This document shows positions 1 to 13,309 of a stretch of DNA of 64,000 nucleotides, one piece after another (the stretch's first letter is position 1; each line of letters starts with the position of its first letter). The translations under genes were made by a program, and so were the position numbers. A model generated the notes under the pieces. That model did no database searches. It saw only the letters and a list, made by a program, of their open reading frames with translations, and had not been told where the DNA came from. Source of the stretch: Cenococcum geophilum (Eukaryota); contig CP158635.1 in assembly GCA_050273025.1 (NCBI GenBank), positions 24,862,001 to 24,926,000 of the forward strand, read 5' to 3'.

Positions 1-2958
1 TACTTTTCCTAACTATTAGCTACTTAATCCTAGTGCACTTAGCTTACTCTTTAGCCAATACCTAGTTTACTTTTTATCTTTAATATGCTATAGATATATA
101 TTTTCTAGGTATTCTTACCACTATTATCTATCTAAGCATTCTTCTATAAGGAATCTTCCTAGTTAAAGTACTAAACTTCCTTCCTCTTAAACCTCTACTG
201 GATACTATCTATATATATATTTGGCATTCCTATACTATTACTTATCCGTTATCTAGTATATCCTTATAAGGTATTTCCAATTCTTTTCCTTCGGATTCTT
301 ATACATTTTACACACGTTATTTATATATGCAATTTATAATAACGTATAGTGTGCTAGGTGCTTTAGGTTAACTCTTAGCTTATCTTTATCCCTAAGTTTA
401 AACCTATATTATGCTAATCTAAATATTGCAACTTTATTTGCAGGTACTAAGATACGCCTCTCGCTTCTCTAGTTCTCTAAACATTCCTTTAAATCTTTTA
501 ATATTATAATTAAGGCTCCTTTAATATACGTTATGGCCTTTTCTATAATTAGGTGGTCTTAGATAACTTTTTTATCTAACTATATATAGAAATCTTCCCA
601 CTTATTATTATGCCTCTGCCTATACTACTTTTGGTACAACTGCTAGAGTATATACAGCTTGTCCATAAGGAAGTATCTTCTTATTACTATATCGTAATAG
701 CCCTTTATATATCATTCCTTAAACCTAGTTAGAATCCCTAGATCCTCTTTATTTTCCAATTTAGTAAGCCACTTAACTCTTAGTATGCCTACTCTTAACC
801 TATTAGTGATTCTTTATACTAGTGCTTTGTCCTTTATATATCCCAATGCGCTAGATCTCCTATCTAGTTTCTGTTCTTACTATGCGATAATTCTTTACCT
901 AAACTCTTCTATAGTTTCTTTTAGTTTGCGCCTTGCGCTCTAATCCTTAAAGTCGTCTTACTTCTTAATCCTAGTATTAAACTTTTAATCTTTAGGCTAA
1001 ACACTATATTCCCCTAGTAAGTCTTCTAGGTCTATATGTCTATCTTTTAGTCTAACTACTATTTGTATTGCGGATTCTCTAATCTATAAAGAAGCCCCTT
1101 ACCTCTTACCTATAGGTGTCCTTATTTATACTCCAAAATCTTAATCCCTTAAATTCTTTAATCCTAAGCTTGCTTCTAACTTAAGCTTAGCTCCCGCCTT
1201 AGTCTAACTAGGCGTCTATAGTGTTCTTATCTTATTTTAAAAGTCTTAAATCTTACTTATCTCGTCTTAAGAATCTTATGCTGTGGGAAACTCTTATCCC
1301 GAGCTTATTCGTATGTTTCTAAACTAAGCTGCTGCCCTACTCTATCGGTTTTCGTCCATTATAGGTCCTTAAGTATGCCTTATCTCGTCTTAAGAATCTT
1401 AGTCGTCTCTTATCTCGTCTTAAGAATCTTAAGTCTTTAGCCTTTTGCCTTTATTAAGTGCTAAAGTAGTTTACTGTTCTACTTCTCTTACATCTCGCGA
1501 AGCGATAGACATTATATCTAGTGGGGTTTCGATCCCTACTAATGTTCCCTATTCTGTAGTGGAATTATCCTTTACCTTTAGTATAACATCTTTAAGGTCT
1601 GCTCGCTTCTAGTAAGCGGCCCTTATTACCTTATTGTTATAGAATATTTCGCCTACATTAAATTTATTATCCTTAATATCCGATCTACGAACTAGTTTAT
1701 TAGTTCCTCTATATCCTATAGGTGCTGGCTCCTATAGCTAATAGCTTGCGCCGTACTTAGCGTCCTTATAAATTTGGTATACGTTATTATAATAAAACGC
1801 AAAACTTTTAATTAAACATTCTTTTGTTCCTCGCAGTATATTGTCGTCCCTCTATATATATATATCGTCTACTAGTCTTATGCCCTTTACTATATAGTAA
1901 CTCTACCCACTTCTATAGTCTCTAACGTAATAACCCTATTTTCCGTAATTTATATAAGCTCCCTCTTTAAACCATTTTTCTTGCTATAAAGTCCGCCTAA
2001 ATGTCTTCTGCTATTAAGATCCCTAATTTGGCCTCTGTTCCTTAGACCTTTAATTACTTAATCCTTATCCTCTAGGTTTCTATAGTTTGCTCTATCTCTT
2101 ATAGGCTTCTTTAGTACTACTTAGGTCCATTAACTCTGCGCCATACCATATTTTCTAACTTAGCTTTAGTTATTACGTGCTCTATACCTTATATAACTAT
2201 AAAACTCTATCCTAGCCTCTCTTAGCCTATTCCCTTTAGAAGATCCTATTATTAATCTTAATCGCTTAATCTATTAATTCCCTTAGGGTGTCCACATCTT
2301 CCATCAGAATAATTACGTCCTAGACTTTAGCCTTAAGTCCTTATTTATACTATACCATAAGCGCCTTATTATTCCACTCTACTTATATTGCTAGTATCTA
2401 AAACTATATTATATACTTAATTACTAAAGTTCGTTATATAAGGTTCTGGAGTTTTCTTTCCGCTATAGTTATTTCTTCTAGGTCTCCAAATATCTACGTA
2501 AGTTATTCTATAAATCCCTCCTAGCTTAAGAACATAAATCGCACGTCTTAGTTAGTAGTTATTATTCCATTTACCTATATCTCTATAAGGTAAGGTTTAA
2601 ACTATTTAAGTACTTTTCCTAACAAGAATAGTCCTACGTAGGCTATCCGATCCACAGGTGTAGGTAACTTTACTCCTTCCTATAAGACCTTAAAGTATAT
2701 CTGCGTAAGGAATCCTTTAAGTTTTAACCTCTTTCCTATAAATCTCTTAATTAATAGTAGCTTAATCTTTGCTGCTCCTATCCCGTTAAGTCTTTTTTCC
2801 AATACTATATTATTAGCTGTTAGCTGGTTAACTATTTCCTATAGTTATCCGACCGTTACAGGTTGCTATAAGTCAGTATCTACTATACTAGTATCACCTC
2901 CTATCCTTAAAGTAGTTGCTGCCGTTAATGGCGTCGTAATGGCTACTTTTAGTAGCAT
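1..2958 (-). pseudogene. gag: Gag/ORF1 of Gypsy element A
   Basis: ATG at 2958. KIKLLLIKRFIGKRLKLKGFLTQ de-RIPs to a typical gag P..F.G....L..FL motif. RIPped CCHC knuckle at ~1915-1955. Many TAA/TAG stops. Confidence 0.8.
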
Positions 2959-3002
2959 ATTATTTAACTTCTTATATTAATACTATAACTAGATAGTGAT
3001 TA

Positions 3003-3428
3003 TGTAACGGAACCTTGTAGCAAGAACTACGATAGGCTCGTTATTAGGCTAGGTGTATAGAAAATACAAGTACAAAAGTTAATAACGTAATAATAACTGG
3101 TGGAGTGGTTGCCTAATAGATTAACTCTAATTATATTCTAAGAATTACTACAAGGAAGGAACTATCTAGGTAGGGACTAAGGATCCTTAAATACACAACC
3201 GTACTCCTATAAAATCCTTCTTGTATATAATATACGTCTTATCTGTATTAAACGTAGCGTCCCTCACATTTAACGTAGTTAACACGTTCAACTATCATGT
3301 AACTCGCTTACCATTCTTCATTATATGGTTCCACGGGTTCCATCCTAGACCGTGCCTAAATTAACCAACTAGCTTCTTCCGACTCTTCTCCAAGTAGTCG
3401 TAACATCGTACTTAAAGCGTCTGTAACA
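3003..3428 (-). repeat. 5' LTR of element A (426 bp)
   Basis: TG...CA termini; matches 7055-7479 in inverted orientation. Confidence 0.92.
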
Positions 3429-6362
3429 ACCTATAAAGAAATAAAAAAAGGACTAAGTTATATACCAAAGAGATACCACAAGTACGGTAAGAAACTATAG
3501 TTACTAAAAAGTAAGAAGCTGTCAAAATATGCAGTATAGGACTATAAGATAGAGTTAGAACTAGAAATAAGTCTAAGGTTCTTTCCAATCTATAAGCTTA
3601 CTAAAGAAGAAGGTAGAGCGTTAAAAGAGTTTATCTAGGAAAATCTATAAAAGGGATATATTAGACCATCGTAGTTATTAGCGGGTTATCTAGTACTATT
3701 TATACTAAAGAAGAATGGCAAACTAAGGCTGTGTATTAACTATAGATAGTTAAACAGCATTACTAGAAAGGATAGGTATCCTTTACCCTTAATTAGCGAA
3801 ATCTAAGACAGGATAAGTAATGCGTAAATCTTTATAAAGATAGATCTAAAATGGGCGTACTATTAGATTAGGATTAAGGAAGGCGACAAATAGAAGGCAG
3901 CCTTTAGGTTAAAGGAAGGACTATATAAACTATTAGTTATGCAATTTGGGCTTATAAACGCACTAGCAATATTTTAGAAGCGTATTAACAATATATTAGG
4001 AGAACACTTAGATGAATTTATTATAGTATATCTTAACAATATTATTATCTACTTAATAACTAAGGAAGAATATGGGGAATACATTAAATGGGTTTTAAAG
4101 AGACTACAAGAAGAATAGATACTAGTAGTAATTAAGAAATATAAGTTCTTTACTAGGAAGACTGATTTCGTTAGATTTATTATTAAACTAGGCCAACTTA
4201 GTATAGATTTAAAAAAGATCGAGGCTATAGTAAATTGGTAGAAACTAGAGAACGTTATATAGTTAAGATTATTTCTAGGGTTTTGCAATTACTGTAAAAG
4301 GTTTATAGCGCAGTAGTTAAAGGACATTAAGCCATTTACGCGGTTAATAAAGAAAGAAGAACTATAGGCATAGGGGGAGGAGCAAAGAGAACTCTTTAAG
4401 AAAGTTAAAGAGTTGTTTACCTAGGAGCCAGTTTTTAAGATCTATTAACTAGGACTAGAGACGGTTATAGAAATAGATATATTAGACTATATACTAGGGG
4501 CATACTTTATATAAAGGCATTAAGATAGATAGCACCCAGTAGTATACTATAGTCGAAAGATAACACCATTAAAGTTAAACTATAACATCTATAACAAGGA
4601 GTTATTAGGTATAATTGCAGTATTAAAGGAATAGAGAGCATTCTTGCAAGGCATAGAGAAACTATTTATAGTTAAAATGGATTATAAGAACCTAATAGGA
4701 TTCCTAATAATAAAGGAACTTAACTAAAGACAGGTTAGATGGGCAGAGATACTTACGGAATACTATTTTAAGATTTAGTATACTAAAGGTACAGATAATA
4801 CGTGGGTAGATACTCTAAGCCGTAAAGCTAAACTATAAAATAAGGAAAAGCTATTAGGGGCTTTATTGCGAAAAGATATAGACGGATTAATTAGGTATAA
4901 TTATCCGAAAATTATAGCAACTTAAGAAGATAATAAACTAGAGAAAGTCTACGAGACACTAGAAAGCTTTTAGGTATAAAGAATTTTAGAAGTATAGCTA
5001 GAAGATCTATAGACAGATATATACAAAAATCAAAAAGTAAAGTATATCCTAAAAAGCATAGTAGAGTAGTTCGTAGAGGACTTCTATAAGGGACTAACTT
5101 AAGAATATAATGGAGCTATGAGCTTAGTGTTAAGACTTTAGGAGGAGTATATTATTAATGGAATCTAAAAGATAGCTAAAAAGGTTATAAAGGAATATCT
5201 AGATTACTAAAGAAATAAACCGATAAGGCATAAGCTATATAGAGGGCTATAACCTGTTAAAATACCAGAAAGACTATAGGAGGTTATATTATGGGACTTT
5301 ATTATTAAGTTACCAAAATTAAAAGATCCTATTACTAGATAAGATTATAACGCGATCTTAGTAATAGTAGATAAGCTTATAAAGTAGGGATACTTTATAG
5401 CATATACAGAAGAAATCTTAGTGGAAGATATCGCTAGAATTTATATTAAAGAAGTATTTATAAAATATAGAGCACTAAGTAAGATTATATTAGATAGAGA
5501 TCTAAGATTTATAGTAGTATTTTAGGAAGCGTTCTTAGCAAAGTAAGGAGTTTAAGCAGTAACTTCTACTATATATTATCCGCAGATAGATAGTTAAACG
5601 GAAAGATTAAATTAGACGCTAGAGTAGTATTTAAGGTATTATGTTAATTATATATAGAATAATTAGGTATTACTGTTACCAATTATATAGTTTGCATATA
5701 ATATAATACCTTAAGAAGGAATAGGCATATTACTATTTAAGGCAAATTACGGATATAAGCTAAGAATATTATTATTACTACGGTAAGTAAAGAAAACGAG
5801 TAGTATAGCTAAAGAAAGAATAAAGATATTAATAAATCTTTATATAGACCTTATAGAATTAGTAAAGAAAGTATAAGAGAGAATAAAAAAGTACTATAAT
5901 ATTAAGAGATCTAAGGGACTAGATCTTAAGGAGGGAGATAAAGTATAGCTACTATATAAAAATTTTAAGAGTTAACAACTAAGTAAGAAGTTAGACTACG
6001 TTAGACTAGGACCTTTTAAAATTACGTAAAGGATTTTACCGGTTACGTTTAAGTTAGACCTATTAGCCAAAATAAAGATCTACCCTATATAGTATATCGC
6101 AATACTAGAGCTAGTATATAGGAATATTAAGCCACTAGTCTATAAAGTAGACACGTATAGAGGATAAGAAGAAGATAAATAGCAAGTTTTAAAGATTATT
6201 AATTATAAGGACATTAACAACGAAATATAGTATGAGGTTAAATAGATAGGCTATACTAAGACTACCTAGGAGCTACTAGAAAATTTAAAAAATATTATAG
6301 GAAAGGTACAGGAGTATCGGAAGAGATTAGGTTAGGTAGTATTAATAAAAAAGGATCGCTAA
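3429..6362 (+). pseudogene. pol: pol (reverse transcriptase, RNase H, integrase, chromodomain)
   Basis: KLRLCINYRxLNSITRKDRYPLPLI; MQFGLINA; VYLNNIIIY (RIPped YLDD, ~4028); LNYNIYNKELL; ILWDFIIKLP; integrase 'YYPQIDSxTERLN'; C-terminal chromodomain (YEVKxIGY...ELLENL). Confidence 0.93.
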
Positions 6363-6946
6363 AGAATAAGTTACCTAAGGGGGACCTAAGAAGAGTAGTT
6401 GCCAAACTACTTGGATCTATTTCCTTCTCTATTAGAGGAGAATCTATTCTTTTATTGCCTAGTTCCTGTAAACCTTATTCTATAAGTTTCCACTTTTTAA
6501 AATAAACCTTTTTATAAACCTTTTTAAGATAAAGCAAATAAGTAGACGCCGTAATTTAAGCATCTAGGGCCTTTTATTCCGCGTTATAGGAACATTCTAA
6601 CTTAGTAAGGGCTTATAATAGTTCACTATTTAGCCGTATAGTAGCAGATTAAATACGAGACCCTAAGATAAATTAATTAGGGAACCAGACGACTATTAAG
6701 AGTAATAGGTCGCGTATATTTAGTATTAGAAGTAGAGCAAACGTTATAGAATAAACGAATATTCGCTTTAGTATACTCTAAGCAAGAGGATAGTTATTAC
6801 AAAGATGGGTTCGCTAACGCAATATAAACTAACCCCTCTTTTAAACAACAAGAATATAGAGACGGTATAATCTTACTAAGAGATAGTATTGCAGTAACAG
6901 TGCGAGTACAACGTTGGGCGTGTAAAGAAGAAATTGCTTTAGGTAT
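6350..6946 (-). pseudogene. Additional antisense ORF of Gypsy B: Cys-rich (Zn-cluster-like) motif plus coiled coil
   Basis: Reads IPSLYSCCLKEGLVYIALANPSLxxLSSCLEYTKANIRLFYNV. Transitions alone restore CSRCSKEGLVC...SSCSECTKANMRSSCDV. A probable intron and a helical second exon follow. Confidence 0.65.
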
Positions 6947-7054
6947 AATAAGCAACAATATTAACTAAATTAATTAGACGGATATTATACCTCTAGTAAA
7001 TAACTTAGAGATATTTTAAATCTTTAAGGACGAAGATAAAGAGGAGGGAGATGG

Positions 7055-7479
7055 TATTACGGACGCTTTAAGTATAATATTACGGCTACTTAGAGAAGAG
7101 ACAAAAGAAGCTAGTTAGTTAATTTAGGCACAGTCTAAGATAGAGCTAATAGAACTATATAATGAGGAATGGTAACTAAGGTTATATAATATGCTACGTA
7201 TTAAATAAAAGGAATAAGAGGAACTTACGTACCTTATATATAAGACGTATATTACGTATAAGAAGGATTTTATAGGAGTATAGTTATGTATTTAAGGACC
7301 CTTAGTCCCTACCTAGATAGTTCCTTCCTTATAGTAATTCTTAGAATACAATTAAAGTTAATCTATTAGGTAACCACTCCACCAGTTGTTATTACGTTGT
7401 TAACTTTTATACTTGTATTTCCTATACACCTAGCCCAATAACGAGCCCACCGTAGTTCTTGCTACAAGGTTCCGTTACA
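7055..7479 (+). repeat. 3' LTR of element B (425 bp)
   Basis: T(G>A)TTAC...GTTACA termini, preceded by the PPT. Confidence 0.92.
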
Positions 7480-9232
7480 CCGAGACAAAGATATAGATAC
7501 TTTACAGTTATACGCAGAGCAAACTAATCTCGTAAAAGAAGAGTATAGGTTCTCTATCTTAAAAGTTTGTAATTCCGGCTAATTTAAGCTAGGCGTTTTA
7601 GGGATTGCAAAATTAGAGTAAAGAATATTGCGGTGTTTCTAGCTTATTGGGGTTGTGGCCATAAAACATCACTCTTAAATGTGGCTTAATGACAGGCAGA
7701 TGCTTCTGGTGCTAAAATGGCTGCTTCTATTGCACTAAAGAGCAGGAATATTTTCGAGAACGCCGGATTTAATATTGAGAACTTACTAGTAAAATATAGA
7801 GAGTCTTCGTTTAGCATAGGACTTAGCGTCTATACGCCTCAATAGGTCAAATAGGGATCTGAGACTCCTTTATAGCTCGCTTCTGCCACCAATATAATAG
7901 GATCGTGCGTAAGTAAGTAGATCGAATATATAATGTCAGCATTCTCCCCCTTATATAAGAAAATAGATAGTAAGATATATAATGACAAGAAATAGGGTGT
8001 GAGTTATAAGGTGGTACCTGACTATAGAAAGAAGGTATCAAAGTTTACCCTTTATCTATCTAACGGAGTGCCTCTATAGCGCTCCTTTACTTTAAAATGT
8101 GAAAGGGGCTAATATAGTTGCTGCTGCAAAGGGCTAGCCTCAATTCGAGCATCCATGCATGTGTGCCATCTAGTGCGTCTGGCGATAAAGACCGGTAAAT
8201 ACGTGTTTCAGTCGGCGCAGGTGCCAACTTAGGAGCCGTTAAATATTATAAAGGGGGAGAAGGGACTATGAATGCACTTGTAAGGTACTGCGGTAATAAT
8301 AATATGTATTAGCCTTCCTACCTTAGGCGTCATGCGTTGTTATCGCTCGATCTATAGGAATGCTTAGTTAGTAATGCAATCTTTTGGATTTCAGGTACGA
8401 TTGTGAGAACTTTATCACTTGCGCTCCGCCATCTTGTAGGAATGCCGATGTAGCGGCGATTATACTATCACTTTATGGAAAGAAAACTTTAAGAGAGCTT
8501 CGCTCGTATTAAATAGGCGTGCAATGACAAACAAGTAAATTGCGTGACAATGTACAAAACATGTTTAAGACTAGGCATTATATGCCGCCATGTGGTATTG
8601 TTTGTTAAAAAAGGTACCAGTCTTAATGCCATAAGTAACGGTACCCCTATTTATCCAATTCCGCACATTACCATTGGCGTTAAACTCCCATCCCTTAGTA
8701 TACTAGTCATTTCTAAAAAAATTCAATACACAGAAGTCGGAAAAGGCTAAAAGACGTTCTGGAATATCGTTAATGCTTTTAGGGTGTTCGGAAAGTGTTA
8801 TTAAGAGATGACTATATAAGACTGGTGCTATTCCCTAGAAAGTATAAATATAAGGTATTTACAATTAGATAAGATACTGCTTACCTAAAAGCTCATTAAA
8901 CAAGTGTTTAGTATATTAGCGCTCTGCTCCCTAAGGTATAAGTTAAGTAGCAATCTTAATTCGGTAGGAGGGTCTATAAGTAATTTAGCGAATATCACCT
9001 CCTTTGTGTAACCTGGAAGTAATATCGTGCACAACTCCTGGAAATTAGGGTCATTAAACACTTTAAAGAGGTTTCCCGGCTTGTGCTTTAGCAGGTAGCT
9101 CAAAACGTTCTTTTTCAAGTCCTCGGCCAGGTTTTTGTGTGGGGGAAGCTTTGAGTCAAATATTTTGGGGCATTCCTTAAAGGAATCCGACATAGTTGGG
9201 ATAAAATTAGCTGACTGACGAAGGTTGGACAA
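7480..9232 (-). pseudogene. Unknown protein with degenerate C2H2-like finger(s), cut at its 3' end by the LTR
   Basis: ORF 8885-9232 ends at a GTAAGC intron donor. A long frame broken only by RIP-type stops continues to 7480 and contains SC-x4-(C)...LTL(H)IRST(H). Confidence 0.45.
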
Positions 9233-10485
9233 AATGACAGAGGTGAGGAACTATAATATGTAGAAATAATGTGTCAGCAGGCTGAGGGGCAGAGATGTTA
9301 AGTGGGTTGCTTGCCTTAGTTGACGGATTGTGAGGCTTGGCATAAAAAGATAATTCTATAGTGTGTGGACGACCTATTTATGTTTCGATAAGAAGTAGGT
9401 AGACGGAACTCTCGGACTGTTAAATCGGTCAGGGGTATGACCAATTCCCTATCTTCTTCTGACATAGGACCAGTTACAACACAAAACACTTATAAAGTAC
9501 GAGCCATATAGCCGAGCATCTGATGACCTAGTGTACGCTGATAATTGCGATAGTGAAGCGGCCAGATTTAGGCCGAATGGCACGAAAGCAGTCGTCATGC
9601 AATGCACACGCCACGAGCTTGCCCCTGCTACAGACTCTGAGACAAGCGGCAGTAATCCATTTACATTCACAGCCAGCCATCTTAATTTGGATCAGTGCGT
9701 TCCATTCCAGACGCTAGCTTGAATGCCACATTCCTTCTCCTTGCATGTGGGGATGACAAAGCGACTTATTGTAAAGGCTTTTTTTTAGGGGGGATTAGAA
9801 TAAGGCGCGCATGACCCGGCCTATTATAATAGAAGCGGACCGGGAGTAATTACCGCGTTTAGAATGGCTTGCGTATAAGAGACGTGGCGCTATATGCACG
9901 AACTTGCATAAAGGTATATGTTAAGCCCACTGTCTAATAGGCGGAAAATTATAGCCGTTTGCTCCAAATCTATTAGAGCAAGATTTAGAGAGCTTTAAAG
10001 GATAAGGGGATAGATGGATCCCTTGGCATAGAATCCTTAAAGATAATACTTGCGGGAAAATTGGTTATTTAGATAACCATAGACAGGGGTCCCAATCCAT
10101 TACTTCTTAACGATATATTTATTTAGAAAGTTAAAGCTTTATAGTGTAGTAAAAGGATGCTAAGGTATATGCGCAGTATTACTTAATTAGTGACCCAATC
10201 TAGGTAATTGCGTGGCGTACTCATCACTCTATTGTATAGTAATAGATATTCTATTACCTATGTCGGCTAAGCTAGAGCGTATTTTCTTATAAGCGTGGCG
10301 AACAATTACTTAGCAGCGTATGAGGCCCGGGCCAGTCAATATTAAGAGCGTAAGTTAGCAGGTTGCAGTGGTGCCGTTAGCAAAGCCGGTAACGATGCCC
10401 CGTATAATAAATAGATCCCAGTAGGGCTAAATACTAGTAAGTAACACGCCCGGCATACAGATATGGAACCATTGCCCTTTTCCGC

Positions 10486-11469
10486 CTAGATTATAACGGG
10501 GTCATGCTTCTGATGTAGTCGAGCACAGACTTCTTCCAAATTTGCTTTATTATTAGCATTTATAATCCCGTGCCGAACGAAATATGCTATCTAGGTTATG
10601 GCGCGGAAATTGAATTTACCGTAAACCAATGCTTCTGTCACCTCTTTAACACTTATTAACCTAAACTCCTTAACATTACTGTTAGCAGGTGTGGGAATAA
10701 TCTTTTATGCTAATTCCATCTTATATACATGCTGGATATGACGCTGACAACCTAGTCTGCTATTATTAGTCTAAGACATATAATAGGAAACTATGCCGCA
10801 TTTTATTGCATAAGTCCGTGTGTAAGTTTCTGGAATAGAAGCTTCTTCTAGAGCCTTTTGAATAAGCATCTCCAGCGGCTCCTGCCCAAAAGTAAGGTTT
10901 GTGGCAATGGTGTTATCAAGCATTTCAGGAAATGGTTGCTTTATCTTTGCTCTTTATAGGACCCAGTACTTTAGCCCCTCTTCTATCCTAGTATATGCCG
11001 TTAAGTGAACACTAGAAGCTATAATTCCAAATATATCAACTCCGCAAAGATCTATATTTAATAGGACTTCTCCAGATAAGATGATCGGAATAAGTACATT
11101 TCCCCACTCCCGTAAGTATTCGACTTTCCCATCCTTATAGCCTTGGCAGAGGGTATCCTCTATGGCCTTAGTTCGTTCATCGAAACTAAATTGCCCAGAA
11201 AGAACTAAAAGACGTTTCTTATGGTTAATATCCCAGAACGAAGGCCAGCGTAAGGTATCTACCTAAACCTTATATACGTAACCCAAAGGTGCCTCGTGTC
11301 CTTTAATAAGGAAATTAAAGTAATTACTAGTAAACAATTTATATTCTTCCTGGTTCTAGTAGGGCCACCTATTAGATAAAAGATAGTTTAGTAAAAATCT
11401 TACGGATTGCAAATGGAGAAATACTTACGTATTGATTTGGTTAATTAACTCTAGGCTGTTAAATTCTAT
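10486..11469 (-). pseudogene. Nudix hydrolase of the YJR142W/'thiamin pyrophosphokinase-related' type
   Basis: FGIIASSVHLTAY...GLKYWVLxRAKIKQPFPEMLDNTIA...QEPLEMLIQKALEEASIP...FVRHGII. Intron 11369-11428 (GTAAGT...TAG). Confidence 0.85.
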
Positions 11470-12010
11470 ATTAGAAACTAAGCTATTGCCTGCTCCAGCC
11501 CTGGTGGTAAAACTGGACTTAAAGCTAAATGAACACTGATTTATCTCTATGCTGTTAGTTAGATTTTACGTGCAGCAGTGCGGCGATAAGGTAAATAAAA
11601 CCAGACTAGATAAGGATTTAAAGACGTTAATAATGGATAAATATATACCTGCACGAAGTGCAGTAGTAATGAATTAAGTTCCTTATTGTAGCGAGCTAGC
11701 GGAAAATAGAGGGACTTGTAGCGTTTTTATGCATACTATAAATTAAACAAGTAATATAAATAAACGCCATGGGGCAGAGAAGTAAGACATTGTAAGAAAC
11801 GATTAGTCTATCTAACAGTTAGTATGGACCTTACCGGTTTCTGGAGACGAAATTTTGATTGGTAAATAACAAAAATCTAATCCGCACTGCGCTGGTTTAG
11901 TGTCTGCGATAGGGTTCTTGCTTTTTGTAATTTTCCCCATATCCGCTGATTTGATTAAAGCATGTAAAGCACTAACGCTGTTATTATCTAACAAGATTGG
12001 TTCATCTACT

Positions 12011-12230
12011 GTTAATTAGTAGTCCGCGCGCTGATTATAAGAAAAGAATAAGGACTCTGTCTATTGAACGTGGCTCTAGGGCCTCTATATATATATGAGA
12101 AAGGTATAGGAAATAGGAAAGTGTCAATCGGAAGTCCGTGTGTCGATTGTAGAAAAGAATGAGAACTCTGTCTATTAAATGTGGCTTTAAGAGCCTCTAT
12201 ATATATATAGGAAAGGTGTAAGAAATGAGA
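12011..12230. repeat. Tandem duplication of a ~112-bp unit carrying the GGCTCTAGAGCCTC-TATATA motif
   Basis: 12011-12122 and 12123-12230 align with mostly transition differences. Confidence 0.85.
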
Positions 12231-12569
12231 ATGAGAAGGGGGGAGGGGGGTGGTAATAGAATAATCCCTGGTGCTTCTATTGCCTGCAAGCCTAATATTA
12301 CCAAATTGCTGACTTTGTTTACACCTTATTGAGTATCGTCTTGTCGAGTATTGCTATCTTAAGGAATTCGAATATTGAGGCTTATTTGAAGGCTGGTTTG
12401 GGGGGGAGTTTCTACTAGAATATTTTGGTGGAGTGGAGGTTTATATGCGATGAAATCTGCTGGCCCCTAAGGTTGGATCCGTCGTTAGTCGCTCTGCTTT
12501 TAGCTTCTGCTGCGTCTTAAGATACTAGCTACGGCGTTCGACTAAGGATGGCCATTACACTTCTGAAAG

Positions 12570-12636
12570 GACGCTAACCAAAAATGACTTGTTTTATTGC
12601 AGAATGCAACAAAGTAGGTCATTTTTAGTTAGCGTC
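12570..12636. repeat. Long hairpin palindrome, copy 1 (32-bp arms, GAA loop)
   Basis: GACGCTAACCAAAAATGACTTGTTTTATTGCA-GAA-TGCAACAAAGTAGGTCATTTTTAGTTAGCGTC; arm mismatches are transitions. Confidence 0.9.
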
Positions 12637-13309
12637 TATAGTAAGGTTTAAGGAGAACGGGGAGTTCCGGGTTATTAAACTTTTAGGCCTAAAAAAGTGC
12701 TCCCCCCCCCCTACGCTAGCTATAGAGCTTAATAATTCGGGCTCTTTAGGTCCTACTATTAAGCAGACACAAGTATAGTTATATAAATTAGTATTTTCTA
12801 ATTATATACCATTTATAAGCGAAAGAGGAGTATAGATATCTTCAATTCCGGTAACTATAATAAATTATTAAAGGGGAATAAGCATATGCGTTTTAATATG
12901 GATTTAGTGTAGGTGTGTTAACTAACCTACTAAACGGTGTCTCTACTAATTTAATTACAGCGATAATTAAATTTGTATAAACTTGAGTTGCATATATATA
13001 TTAAAGAGTATAGTATAAAGGGTATTAGATTTTGGGAACCTATAGGTGATTAGTTATGGTGTCTATTATATAGATTGACAATTTAGTATATAATTGCGAC
13101 CAAATCTTTATACTTATAAACCAGTTAGATCTTATTATATTAGGTCGGTTGTGGCGCCATACTTATACTATGGGGAGGGACTCTCCTACCTATAGCCTAG
13201 TTATAACTATAAGGAAATACTAATAAGGAAATACGCGAGTGCTAATCCCTTGCTCTAAGTGGATGTCTTAACTTAGGGGGTGGGCTAACTAAAGGGGTGC
13301 ATATATTAG

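Larger units (their letters stand above)
1..3428 (-). mobile_element. Ty3/Gypsy LTR retrotransposon A (5' LTR + gag; continues beyond window start), RIP-inactivated
   Basis: LTR TGTAAC...TGTAACA at 3003-3428 is the reverse complement of the LTR at 7055-7479. The minus strand downstream reads as gag. Confidence 0.9.
3429..7479 (+). mobile_element. Ty3/Gypsy chromovirus B (RT-RH-IN-chromodomain, extra antisense ORF, 3' LTR), cut at its 5' side by element A
   Basis: pol domains on + strand; polypurine tract GAGGAGGGAGATGG (7041-7054) immediately before the LTR. Confidence 0.92.

Noticed and set aside
4049..4288. 79-aa minus-strand ORF (likewise 30449-30658, 34304-34579, 48383-48565, 57701-57886, 61874-62056)
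   Set aside because: Antisense shadows of RIPped genes encoded on the other strand.
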